Below are positions 26,029-35,121 of a DNA stretch of 42,304 bases, in pieces. The notes under the pieces were generated by a model. That model did no database searches, was not told the origin of the DNA, and saw only the letters and a list, made by a program, of their open reading frames with translations. Source of the DNA: a virus (lineage: Duplodnaviria; Caudoviricetes). The position numbers and the translations under genes are program-made. The stretch lies in the IMG/VR virus record IMGVR_UViG_3300050331_000001, positions 1 through 42,304 of that record; one strand, 5' to 3'. The first letter of the stretch is position 1. Each line of letters opens with the position of its first letter.

Positions 26029-28413
26029 TCAAAGCGGCAATGGCTGCCCATCTCTGTCCCCCACCTGTGCCCGGGTCTGCTGCGCCTGCTGGAAACGAGT
26101 CCACGCTGGCAGCACGTACACGAACCGACTCACACCGTTGCGACGCTCGACGCGGGTGCAGCCGAGCTTCTTCAACAGCATCCCCACGCGCGTCATCACG
26201 TCGCGGGTCATGCGGCCCGCATCGAGCTTGAGCGCCTCCGTCAACACCTCGGCGAGCGTGAACTCCGCCCGCAGCAATCCCTCCAGCCAGTCGTGAATCG
26301 GATCCATGAAGGCGTCCTCGGCCTCGCGCTGCAGCTGCACGGGGTCGAAGAGCCGGCGCTGCTCGTCGGCCGTCGGCCAGAAGCGCGCGCCACGGTCATA
26401 CTCGGCAACCGCTTCGGCGAACAGCTGATCGCGCGCCTCGGCGAGCGCGTCGGTGAGGATCTCGTCGCCGACCTCGATCGGCCAGAAGCGCCGCCCACCG
26501 GTGGAATCCTTGTTCCACTGCCATTCGTTGGTGCTGCCCGCGAAGACGAGCTGGCGCGGGCAGCGGATTTCCCTGCGCCCGTACACCGGCCGGAACTCGT
26601 CGATCGTGCGCGACAGGAACGACTTCTGCCGCTGCGACTCGATACGCGCAATCGACCCCATCTCCGAGAACTCGTGCAGCCACTTGCCGCGGATCGCCGA
26701 GAGCGCGTCCTTGTTCGCGAGATCCAACTCGGTGTCGCTGAACCACTCGCCGGCGAGCACCCGCAGCGCGGTGGACTTGCGCAATCCCTGCTGACCTTCG
26801 AGCACCAGGCAGTAGTCGAACTTCACGCCCGGGCGCATCGCGCGCGCGACCATCGCGATCAGGAAGCGCCGCCCGACGATCTTCGTGTACTCGTTGCGCT
26901 CGGCGCACAGGTAGTCGGTGAGCCACGAGTCGATGCGCCGCTCGCCGTCCCACGCGAGCCCGCGCAGGTATTGACGCACCGGGTGAAAGGCGTTCACGCG
27001 TGCGACCAGCTCGATCGCCTCGTCGACCATCCCGCCACCGGGCGTCATGCCGTAGACGTTCGTCAGCCATACGGCCAGGTAGCTGGTGTCGACGTCCGTC
27101 CACTCGGTCGAGTGCGGATCGGGCAAGCGCACGTCGTGGCAGCGCGGCAGCGGCGCCAGGCGCACGGTGCGCGAGGCGAACTCGTCATAGCCGACGACGC
27201 CGATCCACGAGGGATCGCGCGTGAGGATCTTCACGATGTTCGACACGCACGGCACCAGCTCACCGCGCCGTCGAAGCAGGCCGCGCTGCCACTCGTCGTC
27301 GTCGGGCTCACCCGGCCCGCCCGCGGCAGCAGACGTCGCGCGGGAGGCCTTCGGCGGCTCAGGATCGGCCGCAGGGGCGCTCGCGGCGCACGGCCGTAGG
27401 TTCGTGAGGATCGCCAGCAGATCGTCGCGTGTCGCCCCGTCTGCTACTGCGTCGGCGATGTCCCAGCCGTCGGGCTTCTCGCCGGGCGCCGGGATGCGCA
27501 CGATGCGCACCTCGCAGCCGAGCTCGAGCAGCTGTGCGGCGACGTCTTCCATCGCCTTGATGCCCGGCTGCTTGTCTTCGGGCAGCAGCAGCGTCGGGTC
27601 GTTCTTCTGCGTTTTCGCGTCGCAGTCTGGCCAGAGCACGACGCGCCGGCCGGCGAGCCGCGACCAACCGACCTTGCGCGTTGCGTTGCCCCCGCCCGGC
27701 CAGGCGAGGCAGTCCATCGACTCGCCGAGCTGTTCGTGCGCGACGTCGGCGCACTTCTCACCCTCGACGATGAGCACGAGCTTGTCGTCGCGCAGGCGAT
27801 CGAGGCCGTAGAGCGGCCGCGGCATCGCCCACTGCATCCAGCGCCAGTCCTCGCGGCCCGCCGCGTTGCGGGCCCACACGACCGGCAGGATCTCCTTATC
27901 GCCGTCGGACGTCTCGAACCGGTGCACGTAGCCGAGCACGCGCCCGTCGCGATCGCGATAGGTCCAATGCCGCTGCGACTTGCCGCGCACCGGATGCGCG
28001 ACCGGCGCGGGACCGGCCGTATCGGGCACGGGCACGATCGGCGTCCAGGCAGCGCGCTTCGTCTCAGCCTTCGGGGCTTTCGTTTCACGCCTGGGCGATT
28101 TCGTCTCGCCGGCGGTGACGTTGTCGAGCCGCAGCTCCTCGATCAAGCGTTTCGCCGCATCGCCGGACTTCACGCCGTGAATCGCCGCGTAGAGCGAGAT
28201 CAGGTCGCCGCCCTTCTCGCCGGTGGCGAAGTCGGCCCACTGCCCGGTCGTGAGGTTGACGCTGCAACTCTTGCCCGGTTCGCCGGTGAGGTTGCCGCAC
28301 TGCCACTCGTGACCGATCTTGTTGCCGCCGGTCAGCCATTGCGGCACGAGCCGCTCGGCGACGTCGAGCAACTGGCGCGCGAGCGCGGGAAAGTCGATGC
28401 GGCGACCGGGCAC
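26029..28413 (-). CDS. Primase (Toprim)-helicase (VapE/VirE family) fusion
   Basis: WADFATGEKGGDLISLYA, IVEGEKCAD, LWPDCD, GWDIAD, Walker A LEGQQGLRKST, GGRRFWP. Confidence 0.92.
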   Translation of the reverse strand: MPGRRIDFPALARQLLDVAERLVPQWLTGGNKIGHEWQCGNLTGEPGKSCSVNLTTGQWADFATGEKGGDLISLYAAIHGVKSGDAAKRLIEELRLDNVTAGETKSPRRETKAPKAETKRAAWTPIVPVPDTAGPAPVAHPVRGKSQRHWTYRDRDGRVLGYVHRFETSDGDKEILPVVWARNAAGREDWRWMQWAMPRPLYGLDRLRDDKLVLIVEGEKCADVAHEQLGESMDCLAWPGGGNATRKVGWSRLAGRRVVLWPDCDAKTQKNDPTLLLPEDKQPGIKAMEDVAAQLLELGCEVRIVRIPAPGEKPDGWDIADAVADGATRDDLLAILTNLRPCAASAPAADPEPPKASRATSAAAGGPGEPDDDEWQRGLLRRRGELVPCVSNIVKILTRDPSWIGVVGYDEFASRTVRLAPLPRCHDVRLPDPHSTEWTDVDTSYLAVWLTNVYGMTPGGGMVDEAIELVARVNAFHPVRQYLRGLAWDGERRIDSWLTDYLCAERNEYTKIVGRRFLIAMVARAMRPGVKFDYCLVLEGQQGLRKSTALRVLAGEWFSDTELDLANKDALSAIRGKWLHEFSEMGSIARIESQRQKSFLSRTIDEFRPVYGRREIRCPRQLVFAGSTNEWQWNKDSTGGRRFWPIEVGDEILTDALAEARDQLFAEAVAEYDRGARFWPTADEQRRLFDPVQLQREAEDAFMDPIHDWLEGLLRAEFTLAEVLTEALKLDAGRMTRDVMTRVGMLLKKLGCTRVERRNGVSRFVYVLPAWTRFQQAQQTRAQVGDRDGQPLPL

Positions 28414-28419
28414 GGCGCG

Positions 28420-28719
28420 CTACCGACCCTCGAAGAGATCCGGGCGCTGCTTGTGCGTCGACGGAATCCGTCGCAGCAGCCCGCGCTCAGCCGCGACACG
28501 CAACAGCTTCATCGCGTGGTAGCGGTGGCATCCCTGACGCTCGGCGACGTCGACCCACGTGACGCGCCGGCGGGTCGAGACGACCCACTCGGCGGTGCGA
28601 TCGGCCGCGTCTGGCCCCGGCGCACGTGCAGGCGCCCCGGAGGTCAGCATCGGCAGGCCTGCGCCGCACGGCAGATCGAGCCGGCGTGATTGCGCCACGA
28701 TCCAGGCGATCGCGTTCAT
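28420..28719 (-). CDS. Hypothetical protein (possible wHTH)
   Basis: Coupled ORF between neighbouring genes. Confidence 0.5.
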   Translation of the reverse strand: MNAIAWIVAQSRRLDLPCGAGLPMLTSGAPARAPGPDAADRTAEWVVSTRRRVTWVDVAERQGCHRYHAMKLLRVAAERGLLRRIPSTHKQRPDLFEGR

Positions 28720-28982
28720 CCCTTGATCCGGTGCTGTCGAATGCCGACGATGCCGTTGGGCAACGCGGGCTTGTCCTCGCTGCTCTCCTGCGGCAGGAAG
28801 CCCGTCTTCGGCGCCGCGCCGGTCGCCTTCATGAACTCGACCTCGACCTTCGCCGTGTTGATGATCGTCTGCGCGACATCGCTGATCGCCTTCGCGCGAT
28901 CGATGTCCATCGGGTTCTTCTCGTCTCGCAACGCGGCAAGCGTGTCGAACAGGTGCGTCCGCAGGTCGTCGACGGTCTTCAC
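28716..28982 (-). CDS. Conserved phage protein
   Basis: DDLRTHLFDTL..L..IDRAKAISDVAQTIINTAKVEV, usually found next to the upstream HNH gene. Confidence 0.75.
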   Translation of the reverse strand: MKTVDDLRTHLFDTLAALRDEKNPMDIDRAKAISDVAQTIINTAKVEVEFMKATGAAPKTGFLPQESSEDKPALPNGIVGIRQHRIKG

Positions 28983-29638
28983 AGGGAGGCCCTCTTGTTG
29001 GTTCTCTTGTTGATCTGCCGCACCAGGGCGCCTCGCAGCTGCACTGCGAGGGCGAGCTCCTTCGGCCAGCGGTGGTAGCTGTTGCGCTTCATCAGGTCGG
29101 CGCGCGAAATGCACTCGAGCGCGTCGGCCGTGATCGCCTCGAGCTCGGTCGTGCGCCGCCCCGGCTTGAACACGACGACGTGCCCCTCGGGGATCGGTCC
29201 GTTGCGCTCGATCCAGACGAGCCGGTGCACGCCGACCCAATCGCGTGGCGGATACCCCGTGTCGCTCACCTTGCGATCGAGGTAGCCGTCGCTGTTGATG
29301 CGGTAGGAGCCCACCGGCACCCAGGTCTGGGGCTTGTTGCCACGCTTGAATCGCGTGTCGGCCGAGCGGCCGCCCGCGACGAAGTGCTTGCCCTTGTCCC
29401 AACTCGAGTGCCCGGGCTGGAAGCGTGTTGCCGCACCGACGTTGTCTCCGCGGCGCAGGCGACAGGCAGCAGGGCTCGCGAGATACGCCTCGCTCTTCTT
29501 TAGACCGAGTTTGCCGGCCATGTTGTAGACGGTCGTCGTCGTGCGACCGAGCTCGCGCGCGATGTCCGCGGTCGGCGTGTCCGGATACGCCTCCGTGAGG
29601 CGGCGCAATTCGGCGGGTGTCCAGAAGCGCCTGCTCAC
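28979..29638 (-). CDS. HTH plus HNH-like protein
   Basis: WTPAE..YP..IARELGRT, TRFQPG/TRFKRG, VHRLVW..NGPIPEGHVV; the central Asn motif looks degenerate. Confidence 0.8.
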   Translation of the reverse strand: MSRRFWTPAELRRLTEAYPDTPTADIARELGRTTTTVYNMAGKLGLKKSEAYLASPAACRLRRGDNVGAATRFQPGHSSWDKGKHFVAGGRSADTRFKRGNKPQTWVPVGSYRINSDGYLDRKVSDTGYPPRDWVGVHRLVWIERNGPIPEGHVVVFKPGRRTTELEAITADALECISRADLMKRNSYHRWPKELALAVQLRGALVRQINKRTNKRASL

Positions 29639-29955
29639 GCCGCCACCTTCCCGGCGTCGAGGGCGAATGCGGCACGCGCCTCGAATTCCGCCTGCGCTTC
29701 CTCGATCGCTTCGGCGCGTGTCGGTGCGAACCGCTTCCACTTCGGCCCGACGCGATACGCGCTGCCCGAGTTGCCGATCTGCCACGAGCACGACCACATC
29801 CAGCGATCGCCGTACTGCGCCAGCTCGTACTCGACGTGATCGCGCCGGCCGAGATCGCGCCGGATCGTCTCGACCGGGTAGTCGAATGGGCACACGTCGT
29901 CGTGGGCGAGCGCCTGCATGGAGAGCATCTCGGCGGTCTGCTCGGGCGTCAGCAC
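29635..29955 (-). CDS. Hypothetical protein
   Basis: GGAGG RBS and GTG start; coupled to the next gene. Confidence 0.6.
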   Translation of the reverse strand: MLTPEQTAEMLSMQALAHDDVCPFDYPVETIRRDLGRRDHVEYELAQYGDRWMWSCSWQIGNSGSAYRVGPKWKRFAPTRAEAIEEAQAEFEARAAFALDAGKVAA

Positions 29956-30290
29956 GTCGACGCCTCCGCCGGCTCGCGCATCTCGACATCGACCGGCTCG
30001 GCGTCCGGGCGGATGGGGCGCAGGCAGCGGTCGGGGATCGCGGCATGCGACGATAGCCGCTTGCCGAAAGGCGGCTCGAACCCGTACGGCACATAGACAG
30101 GCCCGCCGACGAAGCGGCACACCCAGTAGCCGGCGCCGACGGCCAAGTGCGTCTGCCCGTTGGGCATCGCGAAATCCGCTCCGACCGGCGCGGCGCTCTC
30201 GACGTGCACGAGTCGTCCCTTGATCGCTGCGCTGAACCACGACTCGGCGACGATCACGGCTAGGTCGCCCGGCCTACAGCGCAGCGTCAT
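29949..30290 (-). CDS. Conserved phage protein
   Basis: LRCRPGDLAVIV..IPDRCLRPIRP motif. Confidence 0.7.
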   Translation of the reverse strand: MTLRCRPGDLAVIVAESWFSAAIKGRLVHVESAAPVGADFAMPNGQTHLAVGAGYWVCRFVGGPVYVPYGFEPPFGKRLSSHAAIPDRCLRPIRPDAEPVDVEMREPAEASTC

Positions 30291-30432
30291 CGCCCGCACT
30301 CCCTGCACCAGCAGCCACCAGCGTCGCCAGCCGCACGCCAGTCGCGCCGTCCATCAGCGCCTCGATGATCCGCATCCGCCTCGCGCGTACGGCGCGCCGG
30401 CGGGCGTAGAGGGTCAGGGGGGAGTCGGTCAT
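30274..30432 (-). CDS. Small hypothetical protein
   Basis: ATG overlaps the cII-like stop; 3' end uncertain. Confidence 0.35.
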   Translation of the reverse strand: MTDSPLTLYARRRAVRARRMRIIEALMDGATGVRLATLVAAGAGSAGDDAAL

Positions 30433-30821
30433 GCGGCGTTCCTGAGCATGCCGGCGCGCTCCATGCGACTCGCCAGCTTCTGCATCCACTTCTGCGCCTC
30501 GATGAACTCGCGCTGCAGCTTCGCCTGCTCATCCTCGGGATTGAGCGGGTGCGGGTCGGTGTATCCGGCGTTGCGGGCCATGAAGAGCATCAGCGAGTGG
30601 CACCCGACCTCGCGGCCGCGTCGCATGATGTAGAGCAGATCGACCGGGTCGAACTTCTCGGCGCGGTCCGGGTTCAGGCAGGCGTCGAGGCGGTTGTGCG
30701 CCTCGCGAACCGGGCGGCTCGGCCACATCTCCGAGGCGAACTGCTTGCGCCCACCGCAGGCCTTGGCCACCTCGTCGATGGCTTCCTCGATCGATTCGCA
30801 GAACAGCGATGCGGTCTCCAT
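30429..30821 (-). CDS. CII-like regulator
   Basis: GGRKQFASEMWP..A.NRL.ACLNPDR.EK; position downstream of cro. Confidence 0.65.
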   Translation of the reverse strand: METASLFCESIEEAIDEVAKACGGRKQFASEMWPSRPVREAHNRLDACLNPDRAEKFDPVDLLYIMRRGREVGCHSLMLFMARNAGYTDPHPLNPEDEQAKLQREFIEAQKWMQKLASRMERAGMLRNAA

Positions 30822-30970
30822 AGCCGTCCAGAAGTTAGGTACGCGTAGGTACGGCCAGCGCCCGAACAATGGCGCCATGCACACGACCACGACCGATAGG
30901 CGGCCACCCTACCCCGTGGCACGATCGCAGTTCCGACACCAGCGACCCCGCCACGGGGAGGACGAACGCC

Positions 30971-31204
30971 ATGACCGAACGAATCGAACCGCTCTCCGAC
31001 GAGCACGAGCAGATCGGGCTGGCGATCGGACTGCTTGCCGCAGCCGTAGCGCGAAACTGCGACGCGATGGCGCTCATGATCGACTTCCAGTCTCAGCTTC
31101 GCGCTGCCTCGCGGCTTCACGGTGCATCGCTCGGAATTCGGATAGCCAGCGTTGCCGAAGCTGCGATAGCTGCGGAAGCGGCGCGTCAGCAGCAGCAACA
31201 CTGA
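30971..31204 (+). CDS. Small protein on the opposite strand of the early operon
   Basis: GGAGGA RBS, ATG at 30971, 77-aa helical protein. Confidence 0.55.
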   Translation: MTERIEPLSDEHEQIGLAIGLLAAAVARNCDAMALMIDFQSQLRAASRLHGASLGIRIASVAEAAIAAEAARQQQQH

Positions 31205-31275
31205 TTGGCGGCAAAGCGAGCGAGTCGATCCGATCCGCCCACCGCCGCAACATCGAAGCGATCGCAGCGCGCATC

Positions 31276-31507
31276 TCAGACCCTCGCCTCGTGCTGCTCG
31301 AGCAGCCGCAGCAACTGGATCGACGGCACGATGCGGTGCGTGCAACCAGTGCCGGCCGGAGCCGCCTGAACTTCGAACGCCGCGTCGTCGCGCACCAGCG
31401 CCTCAAGGTGCCGGAACAGCTCGGCCGTCTCGGGCAGCCGATGCAGCCGCCCGAGAACGTTCAACACGACGCCCATGTCGAAGGTGATCCGCACGACGGA
31501 CGCCATC
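31276..31507 (-). CDS. Hypothetical protein
   Basis: GGAGGA RBS; start overlaps the upstream stop. Confidence 0.5.
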
Positions 31508-31715
31508 AATCCTCCGCGTCTTCGTCGATCGCCTTCGCGCCGTCCACCAGGTCGGCGAGCTGCAGCGCACAGCGCCACAGCGCGCGCGCCGTCGGGTCCG
31601 GGCTCGTAAGGATCCGGTGCTCTTCGGACGTGCCGCGCATCGCCAGCGACATGCCGGCGTCGGCCGCCCAGGAATCGGCGAGCGCGATGAGCTGCGCCTT
31701 GGTCACGCGCCGCAT
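31506..31715 (-). CDS. Hypothetical protein
   Basis: 69-aa ORF overlapping the end of cro. Confidence 0.55.
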   Translation of the reverse strand: MRRVTKAQLIALADSWAADAGMSLAMRGTSEEHRILTSPDPTARALWRCALQLADLVDGAKAIDEDAED

Positions 31716-32089
31716 GCCGTGGCCTTCTCTTGTTCGTTGCCGCTGATCGGTTCCATCCCCGGGGATGGCCCGTTCCCGCTCTTCGGCAGGTTCGGGCCCG
31801 GTCGTTCCGGCTCAGGTTCGTCCGCGGCGGGGCGGTCGGGGATGCGATCGGGGTGGCGCTCGGCCAGTTCGGGCCAGATCTGCCACCAGTCGTTCGGTCG
31901 CAGGTCGATGCGCGTGACGGCGCCTTCGGTGTGTTGCTCGATGAGCACGCAAAGCCCCGGACTGGGCTCTCTGCCGCCCTGCCGGGCTGCAAGCTGCGAG
32001 AGATAGACCGTGCTGATGCCGAGCCTAGACGCGAAAGCGCCTGTCTCACCACGCGGCAACCTATCGAGGAAATCTCGCAGAGAAGTCAT
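31703..32089 (-). CDS. Cro-like (YdaS-family) HTH protein
   Basis: FASRLGISTVYLSQLA..IEQHT.GAVTR.DLRP.DW..IWPEL; divergent from cI. Confidence 0.88.
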   Translation of the reverse strand: MTSLRDFLDRLPRGETGAFASRLGISTVYLSQLAARQGGREPSPGLCVLIEQHTEGAVTRIDLRPNDWWQIWPELAERHPDRIPDRPAADEPEPERPGPNLPKSGNGPSPGMEPISGNEQEKATACGA

Positions 32090-32092
32090 CAG

Positions 32093-32159
32093 CTATGCAA
32101 TTTGCGCTGTCACTGGCCGCAGCATAACGCATAGCAAGCGAACTATGCAAGGCGCTTAC
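32093..32159. promoter_or_regulatory. OR: three 17-bp operators (CTATGC-N5-GC..)
   Basis: Sites at 32093, 32118 (reverse) and 32143, spaced 25 bp apart between cro and cI. Confidence 0.8.
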
Positions 32160-32168
32160 GCTTACTGG

Positions 32169-32585
32169 ATGGCGCCAAACGATGTCGAACAGCCCGACGA
32201 GCCAGTACGACCCGTGCGGGCGGCGCGCCGCGTGCGGTTGCAAGATCTCCTCGAGGAATTCGGAGGCCCGGCCGCCGTCGCCAAGAAGACAGGCACGGTA
32301 GCTTCGCACTTGACTGCCTGCGAGAAAGGCCGGCGCGGGATCGGCGACGACCTCGCGACGAAGCTGGAGAAAGGTTGCGAGAAACCGTTCGGCTGGATGG
32401 ATTACGACGATCGACGCTGGCCCTTTCGCCAGGTTCCAACAGAGGCCTACGAGAAACTCGATCCAAAGGTCAAGACCTTGATCGAGGGATACGTCGAAGG
32501 GAAGATCGCAGAGGCCGGAATCGAAGCCCGGTTGGGGGGATCTACCGCATCCCGTGGACAGGCTCGGCGCGCGTCAAACGAATGA
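32169..32585 (+). CDS. CI-like repressor (HTH; no S24 peptidase domain)
   Basis: RRVRLQDLLEEFGG.AAVAKKTG....HL...GRRGIGDDLA.KLE...KPFGWMD; start uncertain. Confidence 0.85.
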   Translation: MAPNDVEQPDEPVRPVRAARRVRLQDLLEEFGGPAAVAKKTGTVASHLTACEKGRRGIGDDLATKLEKGCEKPFGWMDYDDRRWPFRQVPTEAYEKLDPKVKTLIEGYVEGKIAEAGIEARLGGSTASRGQARRASNE

Positions 32586-32663
32586 GGAAAGCAGTGCCGG
32601 CGCGAATCTACCAGTTCCCCGCGGAGGCACGCGTGAAAAGCGACATGTAAACGAGATCTTCAA

Positions 32664-33053
32664 ATGACCCGACTCCTATCGATAGCAGCGACCGCCGCGC
32701 TCGTGACGGCTTGTGCCGCGCCCGCGCCGGATGCAGCCACAACCGCCCTTGCTGATGAACCGCTCTACTGCCACGGCGATGAGCAGTGCAACCTCTACTG
32801 GCGACGCGCCCAGGTCTGGATCGCCAACAACAGCTCCTACCGAATCCAGAGCGTGACCGACACCGTCATCACGACCCACGGGCCCACAAGCGGATCCATC
32901 GAACGGGCGTATCAGATCGTTCGAATGCCGATGGAGAACGGGCAAGAGCAAATCACGATCGCCTCCGGTTGCGGCAACATCTATGGCTGCAACACGCACG
33001 CCGACAGCATGGCGGCATCCTTCAAGCGTTTCGTGAAGAACGGCGGCCGGTAA
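32664..33053 (+). CDS. Lipoprotein downstream of cI (superinfection-exclusion candidate)
   Basis: Lipobox VTAC; C....QC...W.RAQVW and CGNIYGC; followed by a terminator. Confidence 0.78.
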   Translation: MTRLLSIAATAALVTACAAPAPDAATTALADEPLYCHGDEQCNLYWRRAQVWIANNSSYRIQSVTDTVITTHGPTSGSIERAYQIVRMPMENGQEQITIASGCGNIYGCNTHADSMAASFKRFVKNGGR

Positions 33054-33071
33054 GAAACGCCGACCCCTTGC

Positions 33072-33097
33072 AAAACCCGCTTCGGCGGGTTTTTTTT
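33072..33097 (+). terminator. Rho-independent terminator
   Basis: AAAACCCGC-TTCG-GCGGG followed by T8. Confidence 0.92.
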
Positions 33098-33139
33098 GTT
33101 CCCCCGAAGGAAACAACAAGCATAGGGGAAACCCTTACA

Positions 33140-33182
33140 CTATGCATTCTGCTTGACCATCGCACTATGCAAAGTGCATACT
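33140..33182 (+). promoter_or_regulatory. OL/PL: two operators overlapping TTGACC-N18-CATACT
   Basis: CTATGCATTCTGCTTGA at 33140 and CTATGCAAAGTGCATAC at 33165, 25 bp apart. Confidence 0.8.
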
Positions 33183-33209
33183 ACGCTCCGTCCACTCGAC
33201 GGAGGCGAA

Positions 33210-33509
33210 ATGTCCGCAGCCCTCTCCCGCAGCACCCCGGCGCCGGCCGCGCCGGTGCACGCCTTCCCGGACGTCCGTCCGGAGACGGTGCGACTCAGCC
33301 GCAAGTGGCTCCTCGCGCAGCTCGCCGAGATCCAGTTCCTGCGCGGCCGGCGCGGCCCCTCGCGCGCGCGCCCGGTCCCGCTACACACCCTCGTCGTCAA
33401 GGATCGCCGCAGCGCGCTGAAGCGGCGCCTGGCGTTCTTCCGCAAGTGCTACGCGAACCACCGCGCGCTGCAGGCGGCGGTCGCGCGTGATGCCGGGAGC
33501 GCGGCATGA
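33210..33509 (+). CDS. Basic hypothetical protein, first gene of the PL operon
   Basis: GGAGG RBS, Arg-rich. Confidence 0.65.
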   Translation: MSAALSRSTPAPAAPVHAFPDVRPETVRLSRKWLLAQLAEIQFLRGRRGPSRARPVPLHTLVVKDRRSALKRRLAFFRKCYANHRALQAAVARDAGSAA

Positions 33510-33712
33510 GCTACGTCTACATCCAGTCCGAGCGGCCGAGCGCGGACAGCGACGGGCTGTGGAGCGTCGGCTTCTACCGTCCGGACGGCACGTGGGATCC
33601 CGAGAGCGATCATCAGACGCAGGAAGCCGCTGCGCACCGCGTGCATTGGCTCAACGGAGGGCAGCCGCAGGTATTCCATCGGGTAACGCTCAATGCCGGG
33701 AGCGCGGCATGA
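33490..33712 (+). repeat. 20-bp direct repeats flanking one gene
   Basis: ATGCCGGGAGCGCGGCATGA at 33490..33509 and 33693..33712. Confidence 0.9.
33506..33712 (+). CDS. Conserved small phage protein
   Basis: YVYIQSE..LWSVGFY.PDG.W.PESD....E.AA.RVHWLNGG. Confidence 0.75.
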   Translation: MSYVYIQSERPSADSDGLWSVGFYRPDGTWDPESDHQTQEAAAHRVHWLNGGQPQVFHRVTLNAGSAA

Positions 33713-34260
33713 CCGCCGTCCTCACCATGCGCTTTACCGAGTGGGAATGCGGCCACCACGGCACGCGGCCCGGCGACATCCCGGTATCGAGCCCCGAACA
33801 GGCAACGCTGATCCTGATTGCGATCTCGCACGCCATCAGCCAGCCGGGGCACTGCAGTGCCGTGCTCGTCAGCGCCAAACGAGCCGAGAGCGCCTACGTG
33901 ACCGACGACTACGTTGCAACCGGGTACGGGAACGGTCCTGAGTTTCGCGCCGAGTCGGATTGGCGCGAGCGCCCAATAGTCATCCACGGCGGCGCCGACG
34001 AAATCGACGCGATCCATTCCGATGCCTTGGCCGATGCCGCCGACAGCCTCTTCGCGGGCATCGACCGTTGGACGGGCGTCGACAGCGCGGCGGACTTCAA
34101 TGTCGTGACCACGGTCCTGCGCGTCGAGGATATCGAGGGCGCCCTTGCGCAGGACATGTACGAGTACCTCCCTCCGATCTACCGGCCGGCAAGCGAGGTT
34201 CTCGCCGAGCTACGCGAAGAAGCGGCGAGCCTGGCACGCGACGACGAGGACGACGAATGA
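33709..34260 (+). CDS. Acidic hypothetical protein
   Basis: ATGA-coupled 183-aa ORF. Confidence 0.65.
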   Translation: MTAVLTMRFTEWECGHHGTRPGDIPVSSPEQATLILIAISHAISQPGHCSAVLVSAKRAESAYVTDDYVATGYGNGPEFRAESDWRERPIVIHGGADEIDAIHSDALADAADSLFAGIDRWTGVDSAADFNVVTTVLRVEDIEGALAQDMYEYLPPIYRPASEVLAELREEAASLARDDEDDE

Positions 34261-34526
34261 CCGCCCCCCACGACGACCCGACCTTCGCCGCGATGCGCGC
34301 CTTCGCCGACCTCCCGGTGCTCCCCGGCGACGCCCCGTTGCCGGCCGGTGCCGGTCCGCGCACGGCGCTGCTCGACCAGGCGCTCGAGCGCATCCAACGC
34401 ACGCGCGACGAGCTTGTCCGCGTCACCGCGCGCCTGGCCGACGAGCTCGAGTCCCTCTACGGCGCCGACCACGCCAGCGTGCGAGAGGCCCGGCGCGCCA
34501 TCACCCTCGCGAGGCTGACGTCGTGA
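34257..34526 (+). CDS. Hypothetical protein
   Basis: ATGA-coupled, GAGGA RBS. Confidence 0.6.
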   Translation: MTAPHDDPTFAAMRAFADLPVLPGDAPLPAGAGPRTALLDQALERIQRTRDELVRVTARLADELESLYGADHASVREARRAITLARLTS

Positions 34527-34741
34527 GAGCGACCGACCTGCACCCCATGGCGCTGCGTCTGGCGCGCCTGCGCTTCGATGACGTCCTCGCCGCCTTCGTC
34601 TGGATCTGCGGCGTGTTCGCGCTGCCGTTCGTGATCGTCACGGTCGGCATCACGGTCGTCGACTGGATCCAAGGCAACCCGCACACGGTGCTGCCGGCGA
34701 TCGTCGCGTTCCTCGACACACTCGATGGAGTTGCGCGATGA
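34523..34741 (+). CDS. Small membrane protein
   Basis: GTGA-coupled; hydrophobic segment VLAAFVWICGVFALPFVIVTVGITVV. Confidence 0.6.
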   Translation: MRATDLHPMALRLARLRFDDVLAAFVWICGVFALPFVIVTVGITVVDWIQGNPHTVLPAIVAFLDTLDGVAR

Positions 34742-35121
34742 GCGCGAAGCACACGCCCGGGCCGTGGGCTGTCTGCCACGGATCGATCTACGGACCCGAA
34801 TTTCTCCCCATCCACCACGGCAAGACCTGCATCGAGGCGGGCCACGACCCGACGGAATGCGGGCCTGCCATCTTCAACGTGCTGGATCAAGACATCGTTG
34901 CCGACGTGAAGGCCGGTCATTGGGATGACGCCGGATACCCGAAGCCCGAGGACTTGCGTCTCGCCGCCGGCGCTCCGCTGCTGCTCGCCGGACTGCAAGA
35001 GGCCCTGCAGATCATCAAGACCTTCCATGGCCCGGTCGAGTGGGAGACGTACTGGAACCACTCGCCGGAAATGAAGCGCCTGCGCGACGCCATCGAGAAG
35101 GCGACCGGAGCGCGCCCGTGA
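34738..35121 (+). CDS. KHTPGPW-type mosaic phage protein
   Basis: KHTPGPW start, RLAAGAP.LL, AIEKATG end. Confidence 0.75.
   Translation: MSAKHTPGPWAVCHGSIYGPEFLPIHHGKTCIEAGHDPTECGPAIFNVLDQDIVADVKAGHWDDAGYPKPEDLRLAAGAPLLLAGLQEALQIIKTFHGPVEWETYWNHSPEMKRLRDAIEKATGARP

Noticed and set aside
25515-26231. ORFs spanning the iteron region (MEGMEGME and PYLPYLP repeats)
   Set aside because: These are translations of the 9-bp iterons; only 25515..25730 looks like a gene
31074-31279. Minus-strand ORF MRAAIASMLRRWADRID
   Set aside because: Could be real since it is coupled to the upstream stop, but it overlaps the better-supported plus-strand ORF 30971..31204; left uncalled
31703-32089. YdaS/YdaT toxin-antitoxin system
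   Set aside because: Divergent arrangement with cI and shared operators identifies it as Cro
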